From NCBI GenBank assembly GCA_965221385.1, contig OZ244885.1, forward strand, positions 1,088,643-1,152,642: DNA of 64,000 bases. Direction: 5' to 3'. Position 1 is the stretch's first letter, and each line of letters starts with the position of its first letter. Positions 1 through 9,282 of this stretch are shown here, piece after piece. The notes below the pieces were generated by a model that worked only from the letters and a program-made list of their open reading frames with translations, made no database searches and was not told the origin of the DNA. This stretch comes from Dehalococcoidia bacterium. GTDB taxonomy: Bacteria; Chloroflexota; Dehalococcoidia; Lucifugimonadales; UBA3495. Made by a program: the position numbers and the translations under genes.

Positions 1-2143
1 GCTGGTCTTCGGTAGCGGCTGGTTCTTCAGAGCCGTTGACCGCTGGTTCGACGGACTCCACCGAATCAATGGGGATGACTTGGGCCGCCTCCGGCGCAGC
101 TTCCACCGCCTGCCAATCTTCGTCCACCAGCAGTTCCTCGGCGGCGGATTCGGCGTCGCGGGCCTGGGCGAAGACCTGCTCGACGGTTTCCGCTTCGTCC
201 TCGGCGTCGCCGTTGACGATCTTCCGGGCCAAGGCCAGCATCAGGTCGTCGCCATCATCGCCGTAGGCGGCCAGCCCGTCCTCGGGGAGTTCGCCCTCCA
301 CCGCCAGCGACGATTGCAGCTTCTTGGCGACCAGCTTTAGGGCATCGGCCTGGAGGGTGTTCCGGTAGGCCATGAACACCACCTGAACCGGCCTTGTTTG
401 CCCGATGCGCCAGGAGCGGCGCGACGCCTGCCGCATGGTGTACACCGAGTAGTCGGTTTCGTACCAGCAGATCGTGGGGAAATCGATCAGGTCCAGGCCC
501 GTCTGTACCAGCCGGGGATGGCAGATGAGGACATCGACGCCCTCCTTGACCCTATCGGCCACCCAGGACTCTCGGCGTTCCGGCGCCACGACGTCGGCCT
601 TCATCACGGCCACCTTGAAGCCGTGGCGGGTCAGGATTTCGTCCATGCGGCCGGTGATGTCACGGGTTCCGGTGTGGGTGACGTACACCAGGACCCGGCG
701 TCCAGCCAGCCGCTCGGCGGCCACCAGGTCAACCAGGGCCTTCTCCTTGGGGTAGAGCTTGTCCTCGGTCAGGGGCGGAACCTGAACCAACAGGTCGCCG
801 TCGTGGGGGTCGAAGACCGACTCGCCGCGAGTGCAGCCGTCGGGGTAGGCTAAGAGCGACTGGAGGTAAGCCGCCAGCAGCCGCTTGGAACCCCGGCTCA
901 GCGCGTCGGCCAGGGCCTCCCGCAGCACGGTGAACAGCCGGTCGTAGGCGCCGCGCTGGGAGTAGCCGGAAGTGTCCACTTCCGAGTCCATGCCCGACAG
1001 CAGGATTCGCTCGGAGTAGTCGGTCAGTCCTGATGCCACGTCGGACAGCCTGAGGAAGATGGAGTTGCCTATTAGGTGGAACAGGGCAGACGGCGCCAAG
1101 CCAGGCCGTTCCCTGACCACCTTCCGGTACTTGCGCCGTCGGCTGTTGCGCCCGTCCTCCACCGGGTCGTCGTCGTCCCGGCCGACGGTCTGCTCCAAGA
1201 ACCCGTAGCGTTGAACCCAGCGGCCTTCCTCGGACCGACCGAACTCGGACCGAATCTCTGGCGAGAAGCGATAGAGCAGGTGGAAGAGGGTCGAGGAATA
1301 GCCCCCCATCAGGGTTCCAGAAAGGCTCAGCGATTTGCCGCAGGCGTCGGCGAGGACTCCGGCGGCGATGCCCTGGGCGGAGCCGCGAGCCTTGTACTCG
1401 TGAACCTCGTCGCCCACCAGCAGGTCGAAGAAGCCCCGCATCCGGTTCTTCACGTAGTCGGCCAGCGGGTATCGGCGCGGGCCGGAACCATCGGCCTGCC
1501 AGAGCGGACTCTTGCACCGGAAACAGTTGCGCTTGCGGCGGTTCAACTCGGCGTCGGCCAGAGGAACACCGTCCCGGTCCACCAGTTGAGCGTGGCAGGA
1601 TGGACAGCAGGGAATCTGGAATGGTTCCCCCGTTGTTTCGTCGCGTACCAGCCGACCGCTGGCGACGGCCCAGCGTTCCACCAACGAAGCCTTCCACCGG
1701 TAGGACAGCTTGGCCCGCTCGCGGGACATGATTGCAAACAGCGGGCCGGTCCCGGCGTAGCGTCGCAGCCGTTCCAGGTCAGTGATGGACGACACTATGG
1801 CGGCGTGGGCGACGGGGATGGTCTCCTCGACCTCGCGCTTCCACTTGCGGGTCAGGTGGGGCGGGCAGAGGACCAGTACCCGCCGGAATCCGGCGGCATG
1901 GGCGGCGGCGGTGGCGATGAAGGTCTTGCCTGTGCCCATCTCGCCAACGACCGTGGTTCCCAGGTTGGACTGGAGCGACAGGGCCGCGCCGCGAATGGCG
2001 TCGGCCTGGGCGCCCAGGGGCTGGCGCAGGAGTTGCGGTAGCGAATGGCCGTTTTCCGAGGGCCGGTAGAGAGGCGGGTAGGATTCCACCACGCGCTTGG
2101 CGATGGCGTCCTTGTACGTGTCGATGAACTCTCCCAGGTTCAT
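1..2143 (-). CDS. SNF2-family helicase, N-terminal ~714 codons (3' end beyond the left edge); paralog of 35939..38230
   Basis: Absent from the ORF track because there is no stop in the window. The reverse complement of 2123..2143 reads ATGAACCTGGGAGAGTTCATC = MNLGEFI, the same start as the 35939 protein. ORFs 729..1697 and 1076..2041 are its shadow frames. Confidence 0.85.
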   Translation of the reverse strand, partial: MNLGEFIDTYKDAIAKRVVESYPPLYRPSENGHSLPQLLRQPLGAQADAIRGAALSLQSNLGTTVVGEMGTGKTFIATAAAHAAGFRRVLVLCPPHLTRKWKREVEETIPVAHAAIVSSITDLERLRRYAGTGPLFAIMSRERAKLSYRWKASLVERWAVASGRLVRDETTGEPFQIPCCPSCHAQLVDRDGVPLADAELNRRKRNCFRCKSPLWQADGSGPRRYPLADYVKNRMRGFFDLLVGDEVHEYKARGSAQGIAAGVLADACGKSLSLSGTLMGGYSSTLFHLLYRFSPEIRSEFGRSEEGRWVQRYGFLEQTVGRDDDDPVEDGRNSRRRKYRKVVRERPGLAPSALFHLIGNSIFLRLSDVASGLTDYSERILLSGMDSEVDTSGYSQRGAYDRLFTVLREALADALSRGSKRLLAAYLQSLLAYPDGCTRGESVFDPHDGDLLVQVPPLTEDKLYPKEKALVDLVAAERLAGRRVLVYVTHTGTRDITGRMDEILTRHGFKVAVMKADVVAPERRESWVADRVKEGVDVLICHPRLVQTGLDLIDFPTICWYETDYSVYTMRQASRRSWRIGQTRPVQVVFMAYRNTLQADALKLVAKKLQSSLAVEGELPEDGLAAYGDDGDDLMLALARKIVNGDAEDEAETVEQVFAQARDAESAAEELLVDEDWQAVEAAPEAAQVIPIDSVESVEPAVNGSEEPAATEDQ

Positions 2144-2270
2144 GGGGTATTCTCCTTTCAGTGAGGTTGGGGTGTGAAACGGAGCGAGGCCCCGCCGCTC
2201 CTGTAGATAAGGAAGCGGACGGGGCCTCGTGATGCGGCCGGCTGGCAGCCGTCGATGTGGTCGCGTTTTG

Positions 2271-2810
2271 TTACGCGGTGATGTCGGCGAGGGCTCCGGT
2301 GTCCAGGTCGAGAGCGACCACGGTCGTGGACAGCCGCTCGCGATAGACCTCCTTATCCTCGGTTTCCTCAGCCAGGACCATTTCCTTGCTGGTGCGGCCC
2401 TTGACCAGGACGCGCTGGCCGTCGGACTCCAGGACCAGGTTGTCCAGGAATCCCGCCGCCACCAGCATGGCCAGGTGGCCCCGGCGGAGCGGCATCAACG
2501 GACGGGTTCGGGAGTTGGCCACCGGCCAGAGCGCGTCGGTAATCTCCCGACTGACCCACAGGCCGGAGCGTCGGGCCTCGGTAGCCGCCGCCACAGGATC
2601 CACCGAGCGGGTGGCGAAGAGGATGTCGCCTACTGGACTCGTCGGCGGACGGTAAATGGGGTAGGTCTGGCTCGCCAAAGGCTCCGGCCCGACCTCGGCC
2701 CACGTCAGCAACTGCGCCTCGGCGGCCGGATCCGGTGTGGGTTCCGACTTCCGGCAGCCCAGCAGCGCCACCTGGTCGAAGACCTCTTTCTCGGGTGCAA
2801 GGAATGTCAA
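2271..2810 (-). pseudogene. C-terminal remnant of the NPPY-type DNA methyltransferase (intact paralog 34782..35816); catalytic N-terminal half missing
   Basis: The 179-aa ORF aligns to residues ~170-344 of the 34782 protein (EVFDQV..LLTWAEVGPEPLA..TGALADITA). Homology stops at ~2810 where the low-GC cassette begins. No DPCCGGG or NPPY motif is left. Confidence 0.75.
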
Positions 2811-2903
2811 TATCCCATTGTAGAATCAAATGTGGGCAGTGTATGCTTGTAGTGGTATTGTCGAATTCCCCACAAATAAATCTGTGCATCCGAGGATACC
2901 AAC

Positions 2904-3143
2904 ATGGTTTGCGGCCACGAATCAACGATCTCCGAATTCCTAAGAGTCGATGAAGATACCTTGATCGGTAAGCTGACGAATGCTGTTGCTACTACCGGGG
3001 TAGGCAGTCAATGGACTGCCCAAATTGAAGCGTGGCAGGTACAAATACGGCACCTCAAGGAACAACTGGATTCACCTCAATTCGTTGATTGGCACATAAT
3101 TCTTGAGTACGAAATTCCACGAGATCCCGTAGACCGGACGTAA
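2904..3143 (+). pseudogene. Detached N-terminal piece of the DUF2075 protein (carries the EYEIPR part of a PD-(D/E)XK-like motif)
   Basis: Ends ...HIILEYEIPRDPVDRT*. The next frame is open from 3107 and reads ..RSRRPDVILLNATTVIVIEFK, so the nuclease-like motif E..D..ExK is split by a 1-nt frame change near 3119..3135. Confidence 0.55.
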
Positions 3144-3148
3144 TACTC

Positions 3149-4939
3149 TTGAATGCCACCACAGTGATTGTTATTGAGTTCAAGATTGGTTCACGGATTT
3201 TCGACTCTGCCTCCTGTTGGCAGGCCGCTTCCTATGCCCGTGATTTGCAAGACTTTCACGCGGAGTCCTATGGTCGACAAATAGTTCCAATTCTGTGTGC
3301 CACCGAAGCCTCTAGTGGGTTAACTGACACTAGGGACATGCAGGGCAACGACCAAGTCGTAGCAAGGCTTATCAAGACAAATGCAGCTTCCTTGGGACAC
3401 TACTTGGGTACGCTTCAATATAGTGATTCAAGGCACCTTGATGACACAATTGACCCAAGAAGATGGTTAGAGTCTCCATATCGGCCGACGCCTTCAATTG
3501 TAGAAGCTGCAACCCTTCTCTACGATAGGAATGAGGTTCGCGAGCTGTCTCATAGACATGCCCATAACCTTGATCAGACGACAGAAGTTATTCTACGTTC
3601 CATAGAGAGTGCCCGAGAATTCGGTCGCCGCACGATATGCTTTGTGACTGGCATTCCGGGGGCTGGCAAGACATTAGCGGGACTAAACATTGTCCATGAC
3701 CCACAATTGAAGAATCACGAGAATACTCCTGCCGGCGTGTTTCTTTCTGGGAATGGTCCTCTCGTCAAAATAATCCAAGAAGCTATAGTTAAGGATCAGA
3801 TAAGCAAAGGACGGACGAAAACGGACTGCAGACACGAGGTGCGCACTTTCATTCAGAACGTACATGGGTTCCTGCGATATTATTTGGAAGATCGGCCAGA
3901 CCAGGCACCGCATGAAAATGTGGTGGTATTTGACGAGGCTCAAAGGGCCTGGGATAGCACGCAAATGAACCGCAAGCGTGGCATTCGTGCCTCTGAGGCA
4001 GCTCTCTTGCTGGAAGTAATGGAGCGTCTGCCCAATTGGTCGGCGGTTGTAGCGTTGGTGGGAGGAGGGCAAGAAATCTACCTGGGCGAGGCAGGCCTAG
4101 AAGAGTGGGGACGAGCTCTGCAATGCCGCCCAGTTCCTTGGCAAGTAGTAGCCTCCCCAGAAGTTTTGATTGGTGGCGAAAGTGTGGCAGGACATACGCT
4201 GTTTGAGGGCAGCATACCAGGGAATTTATCCTTCATCAATCAACCATTGGCTCATCTAGAGGTCGTAGTCAGGAACCACCGAGCACAGCGGTGGACAGAG
4301 TGGGTCAATGATCTCTTGTCTTTCAGATTGGACAGTGCCCGTTCTCTTTTCCCTGAATCGATTGATTTCCCCTGTTACGTGACTCACGATTTATCGGCGG
4401 CTCGCGAGTGGCTAAAGTTGCATCACCAACTATCTCCCGAAGATCGGATTGGTCTGGTCGCCAGTTCTATGGACCGGCGATTGAGGGCAGAAGGTATCGA
4501 ACGTTCCACTGGCTTTCTCTCACGATATCCTTTCGAAAAATGGTTTTTGGAGCCAAGCAATGACGTAAGGTCTAGTTATGCCTTGGAAGTGGCAGCGTCG
4601 GAGTTTGAATGCCAGGGCTTGGAACTAGATTGGGTTGGTATCTGCTGGGGTCTCGACCTGACACCAGCACCTGACGGGCATTCTTGGGAGCCTCGGAAGT
4701 TTCGTGGAGCCCGTTGGCTGAACGTGCGGCAAGAATCAGAGCGAGCATTTGCGCTTAACAGGTACCGCGTCCTGTTGACGCGAGCCCGCAAGGGACTTGT
4801 CATCTTCGTGCCTCTTGGCGATCCCGAAGACTCCACTCGTGAACCTGCGCGGTACAAACGCGTTTACGATGCGTTGCGACGTGCTGGCGTACCTGAACTA
4901 CCCAAGGATAGTCTCCGGGAACAAGTACTTGGTGACTAA
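3149..4939 (+). CDS. DUF2075 / Schlafen-like ATPase-helicase domain protein
   Basis: Walker A FVTGIPGAGKT, Walker B VVVFDEAQRAW, C-terminal NRYRVLLTRARKGLVIFV. TTG start in the track. Region visibly AT-richer than its flanks. Confidence 0.85.
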   Translation: MNATTVIVIEFKIGSRIFDSASCWQAASYARDLQDFHAESYGRQIVPILCATEASSGLTDTRDMQGNDQVVARLIKTNAASLGHYLGTLQYSDSRHLDDTIDPRRWLESPYRPTPSIVEAATLLYDRNEVRELSHRHAHNLDQTTEVILRSIESAREFGRRTICFVTGIPGAGKTLAGLNIVHDPQLKNHENTPAGVFLSGNGPLVKIIQEAIVKDQISKGRTKTDCRHEVRTFIQNVHGFLRYYLEDRPDQAPHENVVVFDEAQRAWDSTQMNRKRGIRASEAALLLEVMERLPNWSAVVALVGGGQEIYLGEAGLEEWGRALQCRPVPWQVVASPEVLIGGESVAGHTLFEGSIPGNLSFINQPLAHLEVVVRNHRAQRWTEWVNDLLSFRLDSARSLFPESIDFPCYVTHDLSAAREWLKLHHQLSPEDRIGLVASSMDRRLRAEGIERSTGFLSRYPFEKWFLEPSNDVRSSYALEVAASEFECQGLELDWVGICWGLDLTPAPDGHSWEPRKFRGARWLNVRQESERAFALNRYRVLLTRARKGLVIFVPLGDPEDSTREPARYKRVYDALRRAGVPELPKDSLREQVLGD

Positions 4940-5679
4940 ACATTCGATAAGTGAATAAACGCGTCGCCGGGATTGCAGGCGGTCAGGAAGGGGCAGCGTT
5001 GGCACCGCCAGTCGGAGGCGTCGAAGTCTCGCTCCGGCAGGACGGCTGGGTCAGGCCCGTAGAGTTCGAGGTGGTTGGCTAGTTCGCTTAGCCGCTCAGT
5101 GGCATCCCGCCAGGCCCGGTCCAGCCGCTGCGCCGGTATGACCTCGTAGTCCCAGGCCCGGCTACCCGTGTCCAGCGTGGCGATCACCGCGTCGCGCATC
5201 TCGCCAAACACTCCCAGAGTGTAGGCGGCGGCCTGCCAGACCGACTCCGCATGGCTGCGCTCGGCGCCCAGAACCTGCCACCGCTTGAACGCCTCAGGCC
5301 CACGGGTTTTGACCTCGATCACGGCCTCGCCGCCAAACAGAGGCGGGGTTCCCGTTGCGTCGGGGTGGCCGGTGACCGTCAGGTTGGGCGCGAGTTCCAG
5401 CGACACCTGTAGGGGATGAGCGGCGTCGGCGGGAACGATGTCCCAGCCCGCACGTTGCATGGCCCGCAGGACCACCGGCTCCAGGGCGTTGCCCGCTTCC
5501 ATGATGGTCAGGGATTCGTCGCTGACGGGGTTGGTGATTTCCTGTCCGGTGGCGGTGTACCAGAGGGCCCGGCGGCAGTGGCCCAGCGCCGAGGCGCGGA
5601 CTTCCAGGTTGCCGTCCTTGTCGATCCAGGCGGCGGGGCGTGAGTAGGCGTCAGTCCTGATTTCCATGGTCGTGGTCAT
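4936..5679 (-). CDS. Cas4/RecB-like PD-(D/E)XK nuclease with Cys cluster, C-terminally truncated relative to paralog 31421..32479
   Basis: MTTTMEIRTDAYSRP.. start with GGAG upstream; Cys pattern GHC...WRCQRCPFLTAC. Homology to the B copy ends at 4961, after CNPGDA; the track ORF 4936..5997 over-extends the N-terminus. Confidence 0.8.
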   Translation of the reverse strand: MTTTMEIRTDAYSRPAAWIDKDGNLEVRASALGHCRRALWYTATGQEITNPVSDESLTIMEAGNALEPVVLRAMQRAGWDIVPADAAHPLQVSLELAPNLTVTGHPDATGTPPLFGGEAVIEVKTRGPEAFKRWQVLGAERSHAESVWQAAAYTLGVFGEMRDAVIATLDTGSRAWDYEVIPAQRLDRAWRDATERLSELANHLELYGPDPAVLPERDFDASDWRCQRCPFLTACNPGDAFIHLSNV

Positions 5680-5780
5680 TTCGTTTCTCCTCGCGTTGGA
5701 TTGGTTGATTGGTGAACGAAAAGCGGGGCAGTCCCCGCGTGGGAGACTGCCCCGTATGGCCAGAGTCCTGGTCAAGGTCG

Positions 5781-6116
5781 CTAGGTTGTCGTGGTCTTCA
5801 CCACCATGCTCGATGCCTGTAGATGGGGAATCGCCGGGGCGTAGCGGTGGAAGAACCGGGCGATTTCGATGGCCTGTTCCCGCTCCCATTCCTCGGCCAA
5901 CCCCAGCAGAACCCTTACGATGGGTTCCTCGCAGTCCTCCTCGGCGAAGGTGGCGTTCATCAGCGTGTCCCGGACTTCCTGGGGCAGTTTCGCCCACCGC
6001 TCTTCGCCGAGCATCAGTCCGCCGTGGCTGGGCGTGAACACCCGCCAGATTCCCTCGCCCAGTTCCTCAATGTGATCGGTCCAACCCCAAGGTGTGTGGA
6101 TGGTGTTTTCGTTCAT
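5781..6116 (-). CDS. Hypothetical protein (paralog of 30985..31320)
   Basis: The 111-aa ORF is conserved in both arms (M.ENTIHTPWGWTDHIEEL..). Confidence 0.7.
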   Translation of the reverse strand: MNENTIHTPWGWTDHIEELGEGIWRVFTPSHGGLMLGEERWAKLPQEVRDTLMNATFAEEDCEEPIVRVLLGLAEEWEREQAIEIARFFHRYAPAIPHLQASSMVVKTTTT

Positions 6117-6133
6117 ATAGGTGCCCTCCTTGT

Positions 6134-6946
6134 TTAGTAGTCGTTGGTTCCGCCGCTTTTGGCTGCCTCAACCTTCCTGGCCGCCGCGTCCACTAGAGGC
6201 TTGAGCGCGGCGCCGGTGAGGTCGTCCAGGTCCTTGCCCGTCTGCTTCCTCACGGCGGCCCGCACTTGCCCCTCATCGAAGCCCTGCGCCGCGCCCAGCT
6301 CGATAAGCTTGGAGCGCAACTGCTGGAGGTAGCCATCGTCCGGTTCCGTCGCCGCCTGACGTGGCTGATTGTTGGCAGTCCGGGCGTTGTTGCCCCGCGA
6401 CTTGGGCAGGCCATTGGCAGACCCGGGTTGGTCGGCGTAGAGGCCATTGCCGAAGCGTTGGCCGAAGGTTCGCAGGGCCCGCTTCAGGCCGTCGGTAACC
6501 GCGCCCTTGGCCGCCGTCTCGTGGCCCTCCGGCGTGTCCTCAGCGACGATGTGGAAGCCCAGGTCGGTTCGAGCCGGGGCGCCGTTGGCGCTGACCCGGA
6601 CCGGCGCGGAGTAGGCGAAGGAGACCTTCACCTCACCATTCTTGCCGTTAACGCTCTCGATCCGGCGCAAGGAAACATCGCCGGCCAGTTCGTACCCCCA
6701 GCCGCCGAAGCCGAAGATTGCGTTGGCCTGGTCGATGACGGTGTGGCCTTCCAGGTAGTCGTAGCTGCGCCCGCCCCGGCCCTTGCGCTGGGAGACCAAC
6801 GCTGGGTCCAGAGGCTGCCTCAACTCGCTGACCACCGAGGGAGGCAGCCCGTCCCAGAGGAGGTCGTGGCCGAGGTTGGGGGCATGGCCGTTGCCATTGG
6901 AATAAGCCCCGTTAGGATGGTGTCCGTTGCCGTTGTGCGTTGACAT
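6134..6946 (-). CDS. Rad52/Rad22-family single-strand annealing protein
   Basis: LRQPLDPALVSQRKGRGGRSYDYLEGHTVIDQANAIFGFGGWGYEL matches the Rad52 N-terminal core as I know it; paralog 30151..30966. Confidence 0.8.
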   Translation of the reverse strand: MSTHNGNGHHPNGAYSNGNGHAPNLGHDLLWDGLPPSVVSELRQPLDPALVSQRKGRGGRSYDYLEGHTVIDQANAIFGFGGWGYELAGDVSLRRIESVNGKNGEVKVSFAYSAPVRVSANGAPARTDLGFHIVAEDTPEGHETAAKGAVTDGLKRALRTFGQRFGNGLYADQPGSANGLPKSRGNNARTANNQPRQAATEPDDGYLQQLRSKLIELGAAQGFDEGQVRAAVRKQTGKDLDDLTGAALKPLVDAAARKVEAAKSGGTNDY

Positions 6947-7105
6947 GTTTCTTCTCCTTCGAGTTTGAGAATGGTGATTACGTTGGCGGCTTTCGTTGAG
7001 GAAAGCCGTATGCGAGGCCCGTAGGCCCCGTCATGGGCGACGCTTTGGGCAAAGCGAAGGCCCGCCGGCAGGGGCGGGCCAATAGGGACAAGCTGGTGAA
7101 GGGGT

Positions 7106-8176
7106 TTACCGGACGGAACGGGCGGCCTGGACCAGCATCCCTCGGAAGAGACGCTGGCCATAGGGCCGGGTGGCAAGCTCGGCCACATCGCAGACGCCAT
7201 CGGGCAGGCGAACCACGGCGGCCCGGTTGTCCAAGATGTCTTTGAGAATCCTGGCCGCCTTGCTGCCCGCTTCGTCGTTGTCGAAGGCTAGGAAGACGCG
7301 CGGACAGCCCCGCGGCGATTCCGCCACTCGATCCAATCCCTGTGTTCCCAGCGCGGCGCAGGCTGGGTATCCCCAGACCGCCAGCGTCAGGTAGTCGAAG
7401 ACTCCCTCGGTCAGGACAACCCAGGGCGGCGCCGGACCGAGCCGTCCCAATCCCAGCACAGGTTTGGGACCGGGCAGAGCCTGGAACCGCGGCTTGGCGT
7501 CGTGCGCGACGGCCCGGCCCACCATCCAGTGCGCCATGCCGGGGGCCAAGTTGGGAACCACCACCATGCCGGCCAACCGTTCGGCGCCACCCTCGGTGAA
7601 CAAGCCTGAGTACCGTTGGCGGTCGCAGTCGAAGCCTTGCGCTTGCAGATGCTCCCGCAGTCCATGACCAGTCGCGTAGCCCAGTCCCAACCCACGGGCG
7701 GCGTCGGCCCCGATGCCACGGGACGCCAGGTAGTGCTGCGCCTCTCGGCTGGCGGCCAACTGCCCAGCATAGAACCGTGCGGCAGCCGTCAGCAGGGCCG
7801 GGACCCGGACCGGAACGGTGGCAGAAGCCGGTTGCCTCCTCTCTACCGGACCTCCGGTTGGGATTACGGCCAGACTGTCGCCATCCAATCGCCGAATGGC
7901 TTCGGGCAGGCTTACCCGCTCCGTGCGCCTCACGAAGTCCAGCACGTCGCCGCCAGTCCCACATCCGAAGCAGTAAAACCGTTGGCTGTCGCCGTACACC
8001 GTGAAGCTGCCCTCGGCTTCGTCATGGAACGGGCAGACGCCCTGGCGAACCCGGCCCTTGCCATGCAAAACCACGCCGGCTGCCTCGACCACTTCACTCA
8101 GAGGATGTCTAGCCTTGAGCGCCGGGATGTCCACCCGGTCCGTTGTCGCTGTTGCTGTTGCCATGTTGTTACTCAC
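7106..8176 (-). CDS. DNA primase, CHC2 zinc finger plus Toprim
   Basis: CPFHDEAEGSF..YCFGCGTGGD (zf-CHC2); VVLTEGVFDYL..AFDNDEAG (Toprim). Confidence 0.85.
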   Translation of the reverse strand: MSNNMATATATTDRVDIPALKARHPLSEVVEAAGVVLHGKGRVRQGVCPFHDEAEGSFTVYGDSQRFYCFGCGTGGDVLDFVRRTERVSLPEAIRRLDGDSLAVIPTGGPVERRQPASATVPVRVPALLTAAARFYAGQLAASREAQHYLASRGIGADAARGLGLGYATGHGLREHLQAQGFDCDRQRYSGLFTEGGAERLAGMVVVPNLAPGMAHWMVGRAVAHDAKPRFQALPGPKPVLGLGRLGPAPPWVVLTEGVFDYLTLAVWGYPACAALGTQGLDRVAESPRGCPRVFLAFDNDEAGSKAARILKDILDNRAAVVRLPDGVCDVAELATRPYGQRLFRGMLVQAARSVR

Positions 8177-8636
8177 CTCCTTGTGCTTGACTTGCCAATG
8201 GATTCAAACCACGCAGGCTGCGGCGGGAAACTACCTTGCCGACTGGCCAGAGCATCCCCAGGGCCGCTACCACTTCAAGCGTGTCGGAGCCTTCCCGCGC
8301 CACCAACGCCGCCGCCCGCGCCAGTCCCTGCCGGTACACCAGCAGGCTTGAGTCCGACCAGCGTCTGCGTACCAGCTCCGCCCACTCGGTGTAGAGCCAC
8401 CGGGCTTCGGACTCGTAAGCGGCGCCGGTTGCAGCATTGCCCAGAACGGCCAACGCGCCGTCGAGATCACCAGCCTGCCTTAGCCGCCGGGCTTCGTGGA
8501 TGCTACGGGCAACGCTGTTGGCCGCCGGGACTGCATACTCGCCCAGCAGTGCCGCCAGTAGCCGGTCAACCAGTTCCTCCAGCGTGGGCCGGTCAGCCAT
8601 AGGCGTCGTGGTGTTGTCCAATGTCGCCGTTGTCAT
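8169..8636 (-). CDS. Hypothetical protein (paralog of 28456..28929)
   Basis: MTTATLDNT..RPTLEELVDRLLAALLG conserved in both arms; GGAGG upstream; 8-nt overlap with the primase start. Confidence 0.7.
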   Translation of the reverse strand: MTTATLDNTTTPMADRPTLEELVDRLLAALLGEYAVPAANSVARSIHEARRLRQAGDLDGALAVLGNAATGAAYESEARWLYTEWAELVRRRWSDSSLLVYRQGLARAAALVAREGSDTLEVVAALGMLWPVGKVVSRRSLRGLNPLASQAQGGE

Positions 8637-9282
8637 TCATCACCTCCTGATTCGTTGAGATTGGTTTAACCGAAGACGCACTCCGCCCCGGGTGGAATGC
8701 CAAGTGGGGAGCGGCGTTGGGGGAGAAACGCAGGCGCAGCCCGGTCCAGGAGCTGTTCAAAGACCTGGCGGACTGCGCAAAGGGGAAGGGCCGCGAGCCA
8801 GCGTCGTCCGGCTGGCCGCAGGCATGGGAGAGCGGCCGGGCGGTGATGGCGCACCAGCCATACGGGGAAAGACGTGGCGAAGCGAGTCTGCCGCTCCGGG
8901 ATTGAGTCCAGAGGGTTAGAGTGTCCTGTTCCTGTTCTGCGTCTCCTGCTGAACAGCGATGGTCAACTGCCTCGCATCGAATCGGTCGCCGGAGGAGCAA
9001 CGCTAGACCCCGGTTCCGCATCGCGCAGCGGGCGGGCGCTTACCCCTGATGGTCCGGCGCCGGGAGAGCAGGGCTCGATCCCAAGCGCACGGTTCGGGTC
9101 GGGGATGGACCCTCCAGTTTTCTGGGCTGGAAACACTGGAAAAAGCCAGACAACGCATTCAATTATTCACGTCCGCCTCGGCCTTGAGAACCCCAAAACC
9201 CGAACTCCCAGACCCTCTTTGGCAAATCGTTCGCTGCTAACCGTCAGGAACGGAATGGTCGTTCCGATTCTCCCGCCATCAG
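8637..9282 (-). other. Conserved ORF-free leader upstream of the element A replication module (structured RNA or origin candidate)
   Basis: No ORF is shared with the homologous region 27656..28455. Blocks of nucleotide similarity remain. Hairpin 9114..9139 corresponds to 27846..27869 with one compensatory pair change. Confidence 0.4.

Larger units (their letters stand above)
1..8720. repeat. Left arm of a large diverged inverted duplication (partner 28365..38081)
   Basis: Mirror-order paralogous genes: helicase, MTase, nuclease, 111-aa ORF, Rad52, primase, 155/157-aa ORF. Protein pairs differ at roughly one residue in five to ten by eye. Homology is interrupted by the non-homologous cassette 2811..4960. 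Confidence 0.85.

Noticed and set aside
729-2041. ORFs 729..1697 (-) and 1076..2041 (+)
   Set aside because: These are alternative frames of the partial SNF2 helicase gene, whose own frame is missing from the track only because it has no stop in the window.
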